Source: Candidatus Fraserbacteria bacterium
GTDB taxonomy: Bacteria > Bipolaricaulota > Bipolaricaulia > RBG-16-55-9 > DRXL01
NCBI GenBank assembly: GCA_947085185.1
Contig: CAMTVK010000017.1
Span: forward strand, 1-64,000
Length of the DNA stretch: 64,000 nt
Direction: 5' to 3'
The notes beneath the pieces are model-generated. The model saw only the letters and a list, made by a program, of their open reading frames with translations. It was not told the origin of the DNA and searched no databases. Position numbers and translations under genes: made by a program. Within the stretch, counting starts at the first letter, position 1. Each line of letters begins with the position of its first letter. Positions 30,689-40,407 of this stretch are shown here, piece by piece.

Positions 30689-32584
30689 TTACATCAAGTG
30701 CTTCCTGAAGAACTGCACGATCTCATTGTAGCACTTGACTTTATTCTCGTACTTCAAGACGTCGTGGCCCTCATTCTCAAAGACTATATAGTCTATCTGT
30801 TTGCCCTGGGCGCGCAGCTCATTGACCAAGTCTGTCGACTCGGCTTCGCGCACCCGCGGGTCGTTGCGCCCTTGAATAACTAATAATGGGCACGAGAGTT
30901 GATGGAGATACGTCTTGGGCGAGCGCTCGACGAAGAACTCTCGGTCTTTTTCGGGATGGCCCACAGCTAAGTAAAAATACGTCTTCCATGTCTCGGGGAT
31001 GCGCTCGATGAACGTGAAGAGATTGTACGGGCCAAACATGTCGCAGCCGGCCTTCCAGAGCTCGGGGTGCCGCCCCACGAGCATCAGCGTCATGTAGCCC
31101 CCATACGAGCGCCCCATCACCCCGACGCGACTCATATCGAAACGCTTATCTTTCTTGAGAGACTCAAAGCCCGCGACGTGATCGAGTCGGTCTTTGCCGC
31201 CCCAGTCTCGATCGACTTGCTTCATATATTTTAGCCCGTAGCCGGAGCTGCCCCGTACGTTGGGCACGAAGACAGCAAAGCCGTTTACAGTAAAGAATTG
31301 AATGAGGGGCATGGAGAACCATGCGAAGTTGGGGCGCTCTTGGCTTTGCGGCCCACCGTGAATGTAGAAGATCACCGGGTATGGTGGGGCGTATCCGAGC
31401 TTCTTTGCGGGCAGGTAGAGCCGCGCCGAGATTCTTAAGCCGTCGTGGCTGATATACGAGGCGTCCTCGCCGGGGGAGAGCAGTTCTTTGGGGATGCCCA
31501 AGATGCGCTCGTTTGTCTGGGGTTTGACAGACTTGCCCTCGATGAGATAGAGCTGGGTTGGGGAGTTGGCCGTCGAGAACGACGCGATGTAGCGATTGCC
31601 CTTCTTGTCGTAGAAGAGCGCCTGCGCGACGCCGTTGCTCAGCATCCCCTTTCCTACAATATTCTTGGTGATCTTGAAGACCAGCTTCTTCTCGTCAAAA
31701 GCTCCTTCGTAGACCCAGGAGCAGCCGTCAATGTTATAACTGAGCAGATAGCGATCTCCCTGAAGATGCTGGAGATACTCGAGTTCGCCCATGCCCTTGT
31801 GCACGGTGCCCTTGATGGGGACGGGCTGGACGTCTTCGGGCTTGTTGAGCTTACAATACCCTAAACCGTAGGTGTCCTCAAACAGAGAAGTGACGAAGAG
31901 CAGTCCCTTGTCTTTGGGCGTGAAATGGCACGAGTGAATGGAATTGAGCGGGACCTCTTCGCCCTTGTCGCGCGCCTCGATGGGTTTGCCATAGAAGAGA
32001 GTTCTCTGGGAGTCGCCGCGCTCGCGGATGTAGACGACGTGGTCGCCCGCGGTGTAGCTATCTATGAGTATGAATTTTGTGTGTTCTTTGTTGGCCCCGG
32101 CGACCCAGTTACCGTAGAGACTTGTCCCTAGATCTTCGAGCTTGAGCTTTTGGAGATCGACTCGATACGCTTGATGGAGGGGGCTGATGCGCGGGTCCAC
32201 TTGGAAGAACGCATTATTTTTCTCAGCATCGCAATGGTGACAGTGCACTTGCTGGCCCTTGAACTGATCACCGAAGATGGGCTCTGGGATGCCTCCATCT
32301 ATGGGGATGAAGCACGGCTGATAGTTCTCGTCGCCGTCGCGGTCGATCATCACCAAGATCTTCTTGAGTTTGGGGAAGACGTAGAACGGCTCGCCACCGA
32401 TGAGGGTGGGGTTGTGCAGGGCGATATCTGGGGGCAGGAGGGGCTCCGGGACGCTGCCGCCCTTGTTCATCGCATAGAGGCTGAGTCGTCCCGAGAGATC
32501 ACTGATAAAATAAATACGATTGCCCACGATCTGCGGGCTCAAGAAGAGCCGGGCCGACAGCAACGACTCGATGCGAAAGCTCAT
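30689..32584 (-). CDS. S9 family (prolyl oligopeptidase/acylaminoacyl) peptidase
   Basis: HGGP, GRSYGG nucleophile, NDPRV, EGH triad. Confidence 0.92.
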   Translation of the reverse strand: MSFRIESLLSARLFLSPQIVGNRIYFISDLSGRLSLYAMNKGGSVPEPLLPPDIALHNPTLIGGEPFYVFPKLKKILVMIDRDGDENYQPCFIPIDGGIPEPIFGDQFKGQQVHCHHCDAEKNNAFFQVDPRISPLHQAYRVDLQKLKLEDLGTSLYGNWVAGANKEHTKFILIDSYTAGDHVVYIRERGDSQRTLFYGKPIEARDKGEEVPLNSIHSCHFTPKDKGLLFVTSLFEDTYGLGYCKLNKPEDVQPVPIKGTVHKGMGELEYLQHLQGDRYLLSYNIDGCSWVYEGAFDEKKLVFKITKNIVGKGMLSNGVAQALFYDKKGNRYIASFSTANSPTQLYLIEGKSVKPQTNERILGIPKELLSPGEDASYISHDGLRISARLYLPAKKLGYAPPYPVIFYIHGGPQSQERPNFAWFSMPLIQFFTVNGFAVFVPNVRGSSGYGLKYMKQVDRDWGGKDRLDHVAGFESLKKDKRFDMSRVGVMGRSYGGYMTLMLVGRHPELWKAGCDMFGPYNLFTFIERIPETWKTYFYLAVGHPEKDREFFVERSPKTYLHQLSCPLLVIQGRNDPRVREAESTDLVNELRAQGKQIDYIVFENEGHDVLKYENKVKCYNEIVQFFRKHLM

Positions 32585-32907
32585 GTGTTCGTTCCTCCCT
32601 CTTTTTGGGGTATAGGTGTTGTTTCTAAAACGGTGAGAAGCTGCTCCCCTTTCGGCGTCAGCGCAAACCAATACTCGTCTAATCGCTGACGGTTAGGATG
32701 AGCAACGGGCTTCAACTCTGTCTTCGTGGGCTGATAGCACGCTATATACTCTTCCCGGATCAGTTGCCACAGGGTAGATTTGATCTCACTTTCGGGCACA
32801 GCTTGCTCGAGCATCCCTCGGATCTGTTTCAGATCTTCGTAGTCGTTAGCCAGAGCGTCGATGATCTGCTCTTGCAGAGTCGTCAACTGTTCGGATTTGG
32901 TGCTCAT
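32581..32907 (-). CDS. hypothetical protein, possible winged-helix
   Basis: ATG with SD GGAGG; coupled overlaps on both sides; WFALTPKG end. Confidence 0.6.
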   Translation of the reverse strand: MSTKSEQLTTLQEQIIDALANDYEDLKQIRGMLEQAVPESEIKSTLWQLIREEYIACYQPTKTELKPVAHPNRQRLDEYWFALTPKGEQLLTVLETTPIPQKEGGTNT

Positions 32908-33134
32908 GGTTTGACTTTCAGACCTCCCTGCCGGAAATGGTCGTGCACTATTCTACCAGATTTCTCAATGCGATGCCGCGTCACGAGTTCTCCAGTGCGT
33001 AAGTGCTTATAGACAGTCTCAATACTCCAGCCCCCGCGATATTTCCGGCCGCGAGCAGGCTCCTTGCGCTCATCGATAAGCTCCCACTCGCTAGGATCAA
33101 ACGATTGCCCCTTGGGTAAGGGTGGATAAGACAA
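32904..33134 (-). CDS. small basic hypothetical protein
   Basis: 76 aa; 4-nt overlap with the next gene; His/Arg-rich C-terminus. Confidence 0.5.
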   Translation of the reverse strand: MSYPPLPKGQSFDPSEWELIDERKEPARGRKYRGGWSIETVYKHLRTGELVTRHRIEKSGRIVHDHFRQGGLKVKP

Positions 33135-33171
33135 TAGAGCCCCTTGTTTTATCCGTCGTTGCTAGTGAGCA

Positions 33172-33360
33172 TCAATCCTTAGCTTCGTCAATAGTCGTGC
33201 GCATCTGATGGATGGTCTTCTCCATCTGGTCGAGCAGATCTTCTATGGTCTCCCGATCCCACTCTTCGAGAGAATTCTCTAAGTCATCTCGTTGCTGCTT
33301 TAAGTCATCTACAAGGGGATTGAGCTTGTCAATGAGATCTTTCTTCGAGACGTAAGCCAT
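33172..33360 (-). CDS. small acidic coiled-coil protein
   Basis: SD GAGGTGA, 62 aa, helical heptad pattern. Confidence 0.6.
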   Translation of the reverse strand: MAYVSKKDLIDKLNPLVDDLKQQRDDLENSLEEWDRETIEDLLDQMEKTIHQMRTTIDEAKD

Positions 33361-33408
33361 AGGTAGATCACCTCTGGATTACGAATTTTGAAAGAGCTTT
33401 TTATTATA

Positions 33409-34695
33409 TCAGTCTCCAGAGAACCGAGCAAAGATCGTCTCGACATGTTTGAGGTGATAGGTATAATCAAAGAGTTCATCGAGTTCTTTGGGGCTGAGCA
33501 GTCTTTGAATCTCAGGATACCGAGCCACGAGGGCTTTAAAGTCCTTGCGTTCGGCGAGAGCTTGCGCAGCGAGCCGACCGATGAGCTCATGTGCCTGCGC
33601 TCGCGCCATCCCCTTGTCTATCAGTCTCAGCAAGAGCGCTTGCGAGAAGACCGTCCCATGGCTGCGCCCAAGGTTCTCCCTCATGCGATCTGGATTGACA
33701 ATAAGCTGCTCGATCACGCCCGCCATGCGCACCAAGAGATAGTGCATAGCTAAGAAACTATCGGGGTAGATGATGCGCTCAACTGAAGAGCGAGTCAGGT
33801 CTTGCTCGTGCCAGATTGCCTGATTCTCTAGGGCAGCTAAGGCGTTCATGCGCACGACGCGCGCCAGCCCCGTCAAGGTCTCGCAGGTGCTGGGGTTTTG
33901 CTTGTGCGGCATGGAAGACGACCCATGGGGCTGGCCCTCGCGGACTTCTGAAATTTCGGTGCGATGGAGGTTTCTGATCTCCGTTGCGATCTTCTCTATC
34001 GTTCCCGCGCAGATCGCCAGGGTCGTCAGCACGTGCGCGTGTAAGTCGCGCTGCACGATCTGATTGGAGATGGGCGCAGGAGTCAGCCCTAACTTGGCGC
34101 AGACGCGCCGCTCGACTTCGGGATCTACATGCGCATACGTCCCTACAGAACCCGAAATCTTTCCCACGGAGATGAGTTGTCGCGCTTCGGTGAGACGCGT
34201 GATGTTGCGCTGCATCTCGTCGTACCAGACTAATAATTTCAGCCCGAACGTGATCGGCTCGGCGTGCATCCCGTGGGTGCGCCCGACCATGAGCGTCTTC
34301 TTGTGCTCGAACGCCCGACGCCTGAGCACTGCAGCGAGCTTGGTCGCATCGTCAATGAGAATGGTGAGGGCTTCTTTGCAGGCAAGCCCCAGCGCTGTGT
34401 CTTCGATATCATACGACGTCAGCCCGCGGTGAATATAGCGCCCTTCGGGGCCGATGCTCTCTTCTAGAGCGCGCACGAACGCCAAGAGATCGTGTCCGAT
34501 CTGGGATTCGATCTCTTTCGCTCTGGCGATGTCCAGTCGGGCTCTCTTGATGATTGCTTGGGCAGCTTCTTTGGGGATATATCCCAGTTCGGCTTGGGCT
34601 TCGGTGACCGCGAGCTCGACCTGAAGCCATCGGCGATACTTGGCTTCTTCGGTCCAGAGCTCCTTCATCGGAGGCAGAGAGTATCGTTCGATCAT
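33409..34695 (-). CDS. purB: adenylosuccinate lyase
   Basis: MIERYS, GRTHGMHAEP, GSSSMPHKQNP. Confidence 0.97.
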   Translation of the reverse strand: MIERYSLPPMKELWTEEAKYRRWLQVELAVTEAQAELGYIPKEAAQAIIKRARLDIARAKEIESQIGHDLLAFVRALEESIGPEGRYIHRGLTSYDIEDTALGLACKEALTILIDDATKLAAVLRRRAFEHKKTLMVGRTHGMHAEPITFGLKLLVWYDEMQRNITRLTEARQLISVGKISGSVGTYAHVDPEVERRVCAKLGLTPAPISNQIVQRDLHAHVLTTLAICAGTIEKIATEIRNLHRTEISEVREGQPHGSSSMPHKQNPSTCETLTGLARVVRMNALAALENQAIWHEQDLTRSSVERIIYPDSFLAMHYLLVRMAGVIEQLIVNPDRMRENLGRSHGTVFSQALLLRLIDKGMARAQAHELIGRLAAQALAERKDFKALVARYPEIQRLLSPKELDELFDYTYHLKHVETIFARFSGD

Positions 34696-34698
34696 GAT

Positions 34699-35901
34699 TC
34701 AAATCAATCTCAATGCTTTCCCAACTTTCTTGAACGCGTTAAGCGCAAAGTCTAGGTCTTCTTTGCTATGCATTGCCGTGACGATCGTGCGCACGCGGGC
34801 TTTGTCGCGCGCCACCATGGGAAAGACGATCTCCTGCGCGAAGACCCCCTCTTCAAAGAGTCTTTGGGCAAGCTGCTTAGCGTTGTGGCTGCTGCCCACG
34901 ATCACCGGGGTGATGGGGGTCTCGCTCGCCCCGGTGTTGAAGCCGAGTCTCTTGAGCTCCCTCTTGAAATAGTTCGCGTTCTCCCAGAGCTTTTTCACCA
35001 AGTGCTCCCCTTCGGGGCTTTCTAAAATCTCCACAGCAGCAAGCGCGGCAGCGACCACCGCCGGGGGATGGGCTGTCGAAAGCAGCCAAGGGCGAGCTTT
35101 CTGGATGAGAAATTCTATGAGAGTCTTCGAGCCGGCGATGTAGCCGCCCATTGCCCCAAGAGCTTTGCTGAGCGTGCCCATCTGGACGTCTACTCGTCCG
35201 TGCAGCCCAAAGTGATCGACGGAGCCCCGTCCAGATCTCCCCAAGACCCCCGAGGCATGGGCGTCGTCCACCATGAAGATTAACTCGAACTCTTCAGCTA
35301 TATCTGCAAGCTCTCTCAAAGGAGCGATGTCGCCGTCCATGCTGAAGACAGCATCGGTCACTAAGAGCGCCCGACGATACTTCTGCCGAGTCTCTTTGCA
35401 AAGCTGCCGGAGCACATCTACGTCGCGATGGGGCCATTTTAAAATCTCTGCGCCGCTTAAGCGACAGCCGTCAATGATCGAGCCGTGATTGAGTTCTTCA
35501 GAATAGATCGCGTCACCCTTGCCAACTAACGCGTGAATCGTCCCCAAGTTCGCGGCGAACCCGCTCTGAAAGACCAAAGTTGCCTCGACGCCCTTGAAGC
35601 GCGCAAGCTTCTCTTCTAATTGTTTGTGCAGGGTCATGGTGCCGGCGATGGGGCGGACGGCACCGGCGCCGGCGCCGTACTGATCTATCGCGTTCTTGGC
35701 AGCTTCGCGCATCTTGGGATGGTTCGTTAACCCCAGATAGTTATTCGACGAGAGGTTGACGACTTCCTTGCCGTCGAAGATGGCGCGGGCGCGCTGTTCA
35801 CTTTGGAGTGTGCGCGGCCTCCACACGAAGCCTTGCTCCTCTAAGTTTTTCAGCTCTTGATTCAAGAAGCTCAGACGATCCGTCTTGATGGGGGTTGTCA
35901 T
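34699..35901 (-). CDS. kbl: glycine C-acetyltransferase / 8-amino-7-oxononanoate synthase family
   Basis: SSNNYLGL, NHGSIIDG, FSMDGD, DDAHASG, GTLSKALG. Confidence 0.88.
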   Translation of the reverse strand: MTTPIKTDRLSFLNQELKNLEEQGFVWRPRTLQSEQRARAIFDGKEVVNLSSNNYLGLTNHPKMREAAKNAIDQYGAGAGAVRPIAGTMTLHKQLEEKLARFKGVEATLVFQSGFAANLGTIHALVGKGDAIYSEELNHGSIIDGCRLSGAEILKWPHRDVDVLRQLCKETRQKYRRALLVTDAVFSMDGDIAPLRELADIAEEFELIFMVDDAHASGVLGRSGRGSVDHFGLHGRVDVQMGTLSKALGAMGGYIAGSKTLIEFLIQKARPWLLSTAHPPAVVAAALAAVEILESPEGEHLVKKLWENANYFKRELKRLGFNTGASETPITPVIVGSSHNAKQLAQRLFEEGVFAQEIVFPMVARDKARVRTIVTAMHSKEDLDFALNAFKKVGKALRLI

Positions 35902-35992
35902 AGGTTCCTCCCTCGGTCTATAATGTAGCACACGAGCATTTTATACGAACTGCGTCGCAGCGTCAAAAGCACGAAAGAGTAACGGAGGTTCT

Positions 35993-36385
35993 ATGCCCAA
36001 GCGCGTTGTCAAGACCGAAAGAGCCCCCGCAGCCATCGGCCCCTATTCCCAAGCGCTCGTCGCCAACGGCTTTGTTTTTGTCTCTGGACAGATCCCCATC
36101 AACCCTCAGACAGGGCAGCTCGTCACCGGCGATATCCACGCCCAAACTCGTCAGTGCTTGGAAAATCTCAAAGCCATCTTAGAAGCTGCTGGCAGCTCGA
36201 TGGGCAAGCTCGTCAAGGTCACAGTCTTTGCCAAGGATCTCCAAAATTTTCAAGCGATCAACCACGTCTATGCTGAGTATTTCAAAGAAGACCCTCCAGC
36301 TCGATCGTTTGTTGAAGTCTCGAGACTCCCTCGGGACGCCGCGATCGAGATAGAGGGGATCGCGCTGCTGGACACCAATCTTTGA
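35993..36385 (+). CDS. ridA: RidA/YjgF family enamine deaminase
   Basis: [28 protein letters not shown]. Confidence 0.93.
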   Translation: MPKRVVKTERAPAAIGPYSQALVANGFVFVSGQIPINPQTGQLVTGDIHAQTRQCLENLKAILEAAGSSMGKLVKVTVFAKDLQNFQAINHVYAEYFKEDPPARSFVEVSRLPRDAAIEIEGIALLDTNL

Positions 36386-36390
36386 GCGCT

Positions 36391-37200
36391 TTAAAAGACT
36401 CCGAACGCTTTCAGCGCCGCGAGCGCACCGATGGCAACACCTAAGGCGCCGATCATCATGTTCGTCTGCATCTGGTTCTCCGCCGCGGCTAGGCGTTTCT
36501 TCAGTCCAGCAGACTCTTCTTGCAATTTCTGCATCTGCGCCGCTTGCTCCTCAAGCTGCCCTTGCAAGACAGAGAGCCCTTCTTCAGTCTTGAGGACTTT
36601 GTTGGTCAGCCCCGAAACGACATTGCCGAGCCCCTTCAGGTGCTCGCGCAGTTCCGCAATCTTCTGAGTCAGCTCGTCGGCCTTTTGGGGGTCTAGGGGC
36701 ATCTTGACCTGTTTTTCTAGCGTGCTCACGCGCTCTTGCAGCGCCATCACTTGATCGTTCAAATTCAACACCTGGCGGACACGATCTTCCATGGTCTTCA
36801 GCCGAACGTTGAGCTGGTCAATCATGCCCTCGCTCTGAAAGATTCTCGACGAGAGCAGATCGAACTTCTCTTTCGTTCCCCGGGCTAAGCCGGCAATGCT
36901 CGTCTCCAAGTTGGCGATCTTGGGCTGGATCTCGTGAGAGATCTTCTTCTCCAAGCCCTGGAGATCGCGAAGCATGCTCTCGGCTCGCTTGAGCTCGAAC
37001 GAGATCTCTTTGACGATATCCCCCAGGCCTGCGGCCTGCTGCACCTGGAACGAGAGGTCTTTGACCATCTGTTCGAGGCGCTTGAAGCCCTGCTCTAACT
37101 TGAAGACTTTCTCGGCCAGCTCGTCTTTGTCAGACTGTGCCCACACAGGCACGGCCAACGCGACCATCACGGCCAGCAGCACGATACCAAGACGCTTCAT
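36391..37200 (-). CDS. exported long coiled-coil protein with a C-terminal membrane anchor
   Basis: signal peptide (VWA/Q), about 220 aa of heptads, hydrophobic C-terminal helix. Confidence 0.75.
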   Translation of the reverse strand: MKRLGIVLLAVMVALAVPVWAQSDKDELAEKVFKLEQGFKRLEQMVKDLSFQVQQAAGLGDIVKEISFELKRAESMLRDLQGLEKKISHEIQPKIANLETSIAGLARGTKEKFDLLSSRIFQSEGMIDQLNVRLKTMEDRVRQVLNLNDQVMALQERVSTLEKQVKMPLDPQKADELTQKIAELREHLKGLGNVVSGLTNKVLKTEEGLSVLQGQLEEQAAQMQKLQEESAGLKKRLAAAENQMQTNMMIGALGVAIGALAALKAFGVF

Positions 37201-37376
37201 CGTCGGTTCGTCCTCCTTACATACAGTGTCATATAGTGTGCCTTAGTCTAATAGTAGTCCGAATCACGCCCAAGGACAAAGACTTTCTTAAGTGCGGACG
37301 TTGGGCACCAGACGAAGGAGCAACTTGCGCACGCCTCCCCCCCCTCTGGTATAATACGGCACCAAAGGGGGTGGCT

Positions 37377-38282
37377 ATGGCACGGGTGAGGCACATATGC
37401 GATTTATCAGAACTGACCGAATCTTTTATCAACTCTCTCGACGTCAACCCCGCCTCCATACGCACCTATCGCGAGGGGTTGAAAAATTTCCTCAAGTGGC
37501 GCAATGGCAAGCCTCCGGAAGCGTTGGTCACGCAGAGTGAGATCAAGCTCTATAAAGAATGGTTACGCCAGTGTCGTGCGGCCAACACGGTGGCGACATA
37601 TCTGGTCGCACTGAGAAGGTTCTTTCAGTACTGCGTCGCTGAGGGGGTTTATCCCGAAAACCCAGTGGACAACGTGAAGGGGATTCGGCGGCCACGCGGA
37701 CATTTACGCCAAGACATCTCGCGCGAGGGCCTGCGGGCGCTCTTCGATTCTGTCGATCGTACGACGCTCATGGGGAAGCGCGATTTTGCTATGATGAATT
37801 TAATGGCCCGCAACGGCCTGCGCGTCATCGAGATCGTGCGAGCCAACGTGGGGGACATCGAGAACCGTCGCGGGCGCCAGATCTTAAGAATTTGGGGGAA
37901 GGGCCGCGACGAGCGCGACGAGTTTGTCGTCTTGGCTGAGCCGACGGTGCAGGCGCTCGAAGAATGGCTGGCGGCGCGCGGGGGAGCCAAGTCCAGCGAC
38001 CCGCTCTTTATAGGGGTGCGGGCCCGCAACAAGGGCGGACGCCTCACCACCCGCCAGGTCAACCGTATTATCAATAGATATTTGATCAAGACCGGGCTAA
38101 AGAGTGAGAAGATCTCTCCGCACAGCCTGCGGCACAGCTTCGTGACCCTTGCGATCCAAGGGGGGGCTTCTATCATCGAGGCACAGATCGCCGCAAGACA
38201 TCGTTCCATCGAGACGACACGGGTCTACTTTCACGAGCACGACCGCTTGGAATCCCCTACGGAGGACAAGATCTTGATCTAA
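37377..38282 (+). CDS. tyrosine recombinase, XerC/XerD/XerA-like
   Basis: core-binding N-domain (SIRTY, LRRFF), GLR, GKG, HSLRH, RHRSIETTRVY; catalytic R-K-H-R-H-Y intact. Confidence 0.92.
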   Translation: MARVRHICDLSELTESFINSLDVNPASIRTYREGLKNFLKWRNGKPPEALVTQSEIKLYKEWLRQCRAANTVATYLVALRRFFQYCVAEGVYPENPVDNVKGIRRPRGHLRQDISREGLRALFDSVDRTTLMGKRDFAMMNLMARNGLRVIEIVRANVGDIENRRGRQILRIWGKGRDERDEFVVLAEPTVQALEEWLAARGGAKSSDPLFIGVRARNKGGRLTTRQVNRIINRYLIKTGLKSEKISPHSLRHSFVTLAIQGGASIIEAQIAARHRSIETTRVYFHEHDRLESPTEDKILI

Positions 38283-38309
38283 GTCCGTTAAGTTTTCTTA
38301 ACGGACTTA
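38280..38309. other. perfect palindrome, dif-like recombination site candidate
   Basis: TAAGTCCGTTAAG-TTTT-CTTAACGGACTTA; reads as AAGTCCGTTAA-GTTTTC-TTAACGGACTT (11-6-11 with TAA-N6-TTA core). Confidence 0.6.
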
Positions 38310-38462
38310 TGGTGCTCGCACAAGACCAAATAAAAAGCCCGCAGTTGGCTTCCGGCTCTTTATATGGAGGGGGATTAAGCTAGGGGGCGGAAGCCAAAAG
38401 AGGCGTGCTTGAGGGCGTGTTGACAAGATTTGCCCTTTGTATTAAGCTCTAAGCTGCTGGAG

Positions 38463-39443
38463 GTGAGACACCTGCGAACGTTTGTCTACGAAGAAGGTCA
38501 GGGATTGCTGACCGATCTCCCTCTCTCCGAGCTTGCGGCCAAGGTCGGCCAAGCCGGGGTGACGTTCTGGCTGGACTTTCCTAGACCAGAAGCCCCTGAA
38601 ATCCAGAAGATGGGAGAGCTGTTCAACCTCCATCCCCTCGCGATCGAAGACTTGCTCACCCCTCAGTATCGCCCCAAGATAGATACCTACGATAACGGGT
38701 TGATGATCGTGTTGCGCGACGCCGACGTAGATCGCATCGAGAAGAACATGAGCGCCCTGGAGCTCGATCTCTTCTTGGGGAGAAATTTTCTCATCACCGT
38801 GCACGCTGAGCGCATGGAGTGCATCGAGATGGCCATTGCGCGGCTCAACGGTGCGGCCGCGCGCATCCTCGGCCGCGGCCCTGATTACTTGGCTCATACG
38901 ATCATTGATCTCTTAGTTGATGGCAACTTGCAGTTGCTCAGCTGGCTCGATGAGGAGATCAACGAGCTGGAAGAGGCGATCTTCAGCAACCCCGATAAAG
39001 CCGCGCTGCACCGTGCCACAAAGTTGCGCAAGAATATCATCTATCTCCAGCGGGTCTTGGGACCGCAGCTCGAATTGATCCGTCGTCTCTCAGGCGACGA
39101 CCTGCCGTTCATCAAGAAGAGCCTGCGCGTCTATTTCCGCGATGTCTACGATAACCTGGCCCGCATCAACGATCTCATCTTCACCTATCGCGAAGTGATC
39201 TCCACCGATATGGCCATCCATCAAGCGCTCATCTCCAACAAGCTCAACGAGATCATGAAGACGTTGACGATCATTGCCACGATCTTCCTCCCCTTGACGT
39301 TCATCGCGAGCATCTACGGCATGAACTTTGAGTTCATGCCGGAGCTGCGCTATCCATGGGGATATCCTGCGGTGCTTGGTGTGATGGGGCTTTTGGGGGG
39401 CCTTATGTTCTGGTGGTTCAAGCGTCGGGGGTGGTTCGAGTGA
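38463..39443 (+). CDS. corA: magnesium/cobalt transporter CorA (start uncertain: GTG 38463 or CTG 38472)
   Basis: HPLAIED, RPKID, YFRDVYD, YGMNF, MPEL. Confidence 0.95.
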   Translation: MRHLRTFVYEEGQGLLTDLPLSELAAKVGQAGVTFWLDFPRPEAPEIQKMGELFNLHPLAIEDLLTPQYRPKIDTYDNGLMIVLRDADVDRIEKNMSALELDLFLGRNFLITVHAERMECIEMAIARLNGAAARILGRGPDYLAHTIIDLLVDGNLQLLSWLDEEINELEEAIFSNPDKAALHRATKLRKNIIYLQRVLGPQLELIRRLSGDDLPFIKKSLRVYFRDVYDNLARINDLIFTYREVISTDMAIHQALISNKLNEIMKTLTIIATIFLPLTFIASIYGMNFEFMPELRYPWGYPAVLGVMGLLGGLMFWWFKRRGWFE

Positions 39444-40077
39444 GCTTCGTGAGCAAGAGCCACAGGCCATCTCCAGCTTGCCCAACTCTCACTGCCCCAA
39501 AGCGCTGAGCTTGCTTGATCCATCTTCGGACCAGCCAGCCTGGCACCCGTGACCCCGAGGTGAACGCGATCACCATCTGGCCTCCCGGCCGCAAGACGCG
39601 CGCCATCTCCGCAAAGTGCGGCGGCCCGTTGTGCAGCGTGACCAGATCAAAGCTCTCATCCGCAAATGGCAGCCTCGCCGTGTCCGCCCGCACAAATTCA
39701 ACGTGAAGCACGCGGGTTCGCGCTTGAGCCAGCATCTCTTCCGCTAAGTCCGTCGCGATGATCTTCGCGTCTGGGAAGAGTTTTTTTAGCTTGTGTGCGA
39801 CAAAGCCCGTCCCGGTGTTGACGTCAAGAATCTCTTGAGGGTGCACGGAGAGGGCGTGCAGTCCTGCTTCGAGGGCTTGGGCGTAGCGCGCCCCTTCAAG
39901 CTCTATGACCAGAGCGTCGTAGTGTTGCGCCTGATGCCGATAGTGCCACGCATTCAGCCGCTCGTACCAGCTGGGGAAGCCCTTGACAAAGAGCAAGCTC
40001 ATCACTATATAGGAGAGATCAATGAGCGGGCTGATGATTCTCTGCTGGATCCAACGGCGCCTATGCTTTGGGGTCAT
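39418..40077 (-). CDS. class I SAM-dependent methyltransferase
   Basis: LDVNTGTG, DLAEEML, LPFADESFDLV, RVLRPGG. Confidence 0.85.
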   Translation of the reverse strand: MTPKHRRRWIQQRIISPLIDLSYIVMSLLFVKGFPSWYERLNAWHYRHQAQHYDALVIELEGARYAQALEAGLHALSVHPQEILDVNTGTGFVAHKLKKLFPDAKIIATDLAEEMLAQARTRVLHVEFVRADTARLPFADESFDLVTLHNGPPHFAEMARVLRPGGQMVIAFTSGSRVPGWLVRRWIKQAQRFGAVRVGQAGDGLWLLLTKLTRTTPDA

Positions 40078-40400
40078 AGCTCTGCCCGGACTTGCTCATA
40101 CAGCCATCTTAGATAATCTTCGCTCCCAGCGACTACAGGGACAGCCAAGATCTCCGGCACCTCGTACGAGTGCAATGCTTTGATGGTCTCTTCTATCTGA
40201 GCAAAGAACTTTCTCTCTGTCTTCGCAATGCAAAGCCATTCTTCGGATTGTTCGATCCTTCCCTGCCACCAGTACGAGCTCTCAATTGGCCCTATAACCT
40301 GCACGCACCCGACAAGACGCTTCTCCAACAATGCCATGGCGATCTTCTCGCCCTCTTCCTTGCTCGCGACCGTTGTGACAACCTGAACGTACTCTGACAT
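40074..40400 (-). CDS. cutA: divalent-cation tolerance protein CutA
   Basis: LVGCVQ, SYWWQG, HSYEVPEI, YLRWL. Confidence 0.93.
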   Translation of the reverse strand: MSEYVQVVTTVASKEEGEKIAMALLEKRLVGCVQVIGPIESSYWWQGRIEQSEEWLCIAKTERKFFAQIEETIKALHSYEVPEILAVPVVAGSEDYLRWLYEQVRAEL

Positions 40401-40407
40401 AGGATGC

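Noticed and set aside
37281..37302. Second, degenerate recombinase site upstream (CTTTCTTAAGTGCGGACGTT)
   Set aside because: Only partial similarity to one arm and it needs a gap; could be chance.
37377..38282. Prophage or ICE integrase
   Set aside because: No phage or conjugation genes, no neighbouring tRNA or att duplication, and no arm-binding N-terminal extension; both flanks are housekeeping-like.
38345..38397. Mg2+ riboswitch for corA (TTGGCTTCCG...CGGAAGCCAA inverted repeat)
   Set aside because: It lies upstream of the corA -35 box and I recognise no M-box consensus; more likely a 3' structure of the recombinase transcript.
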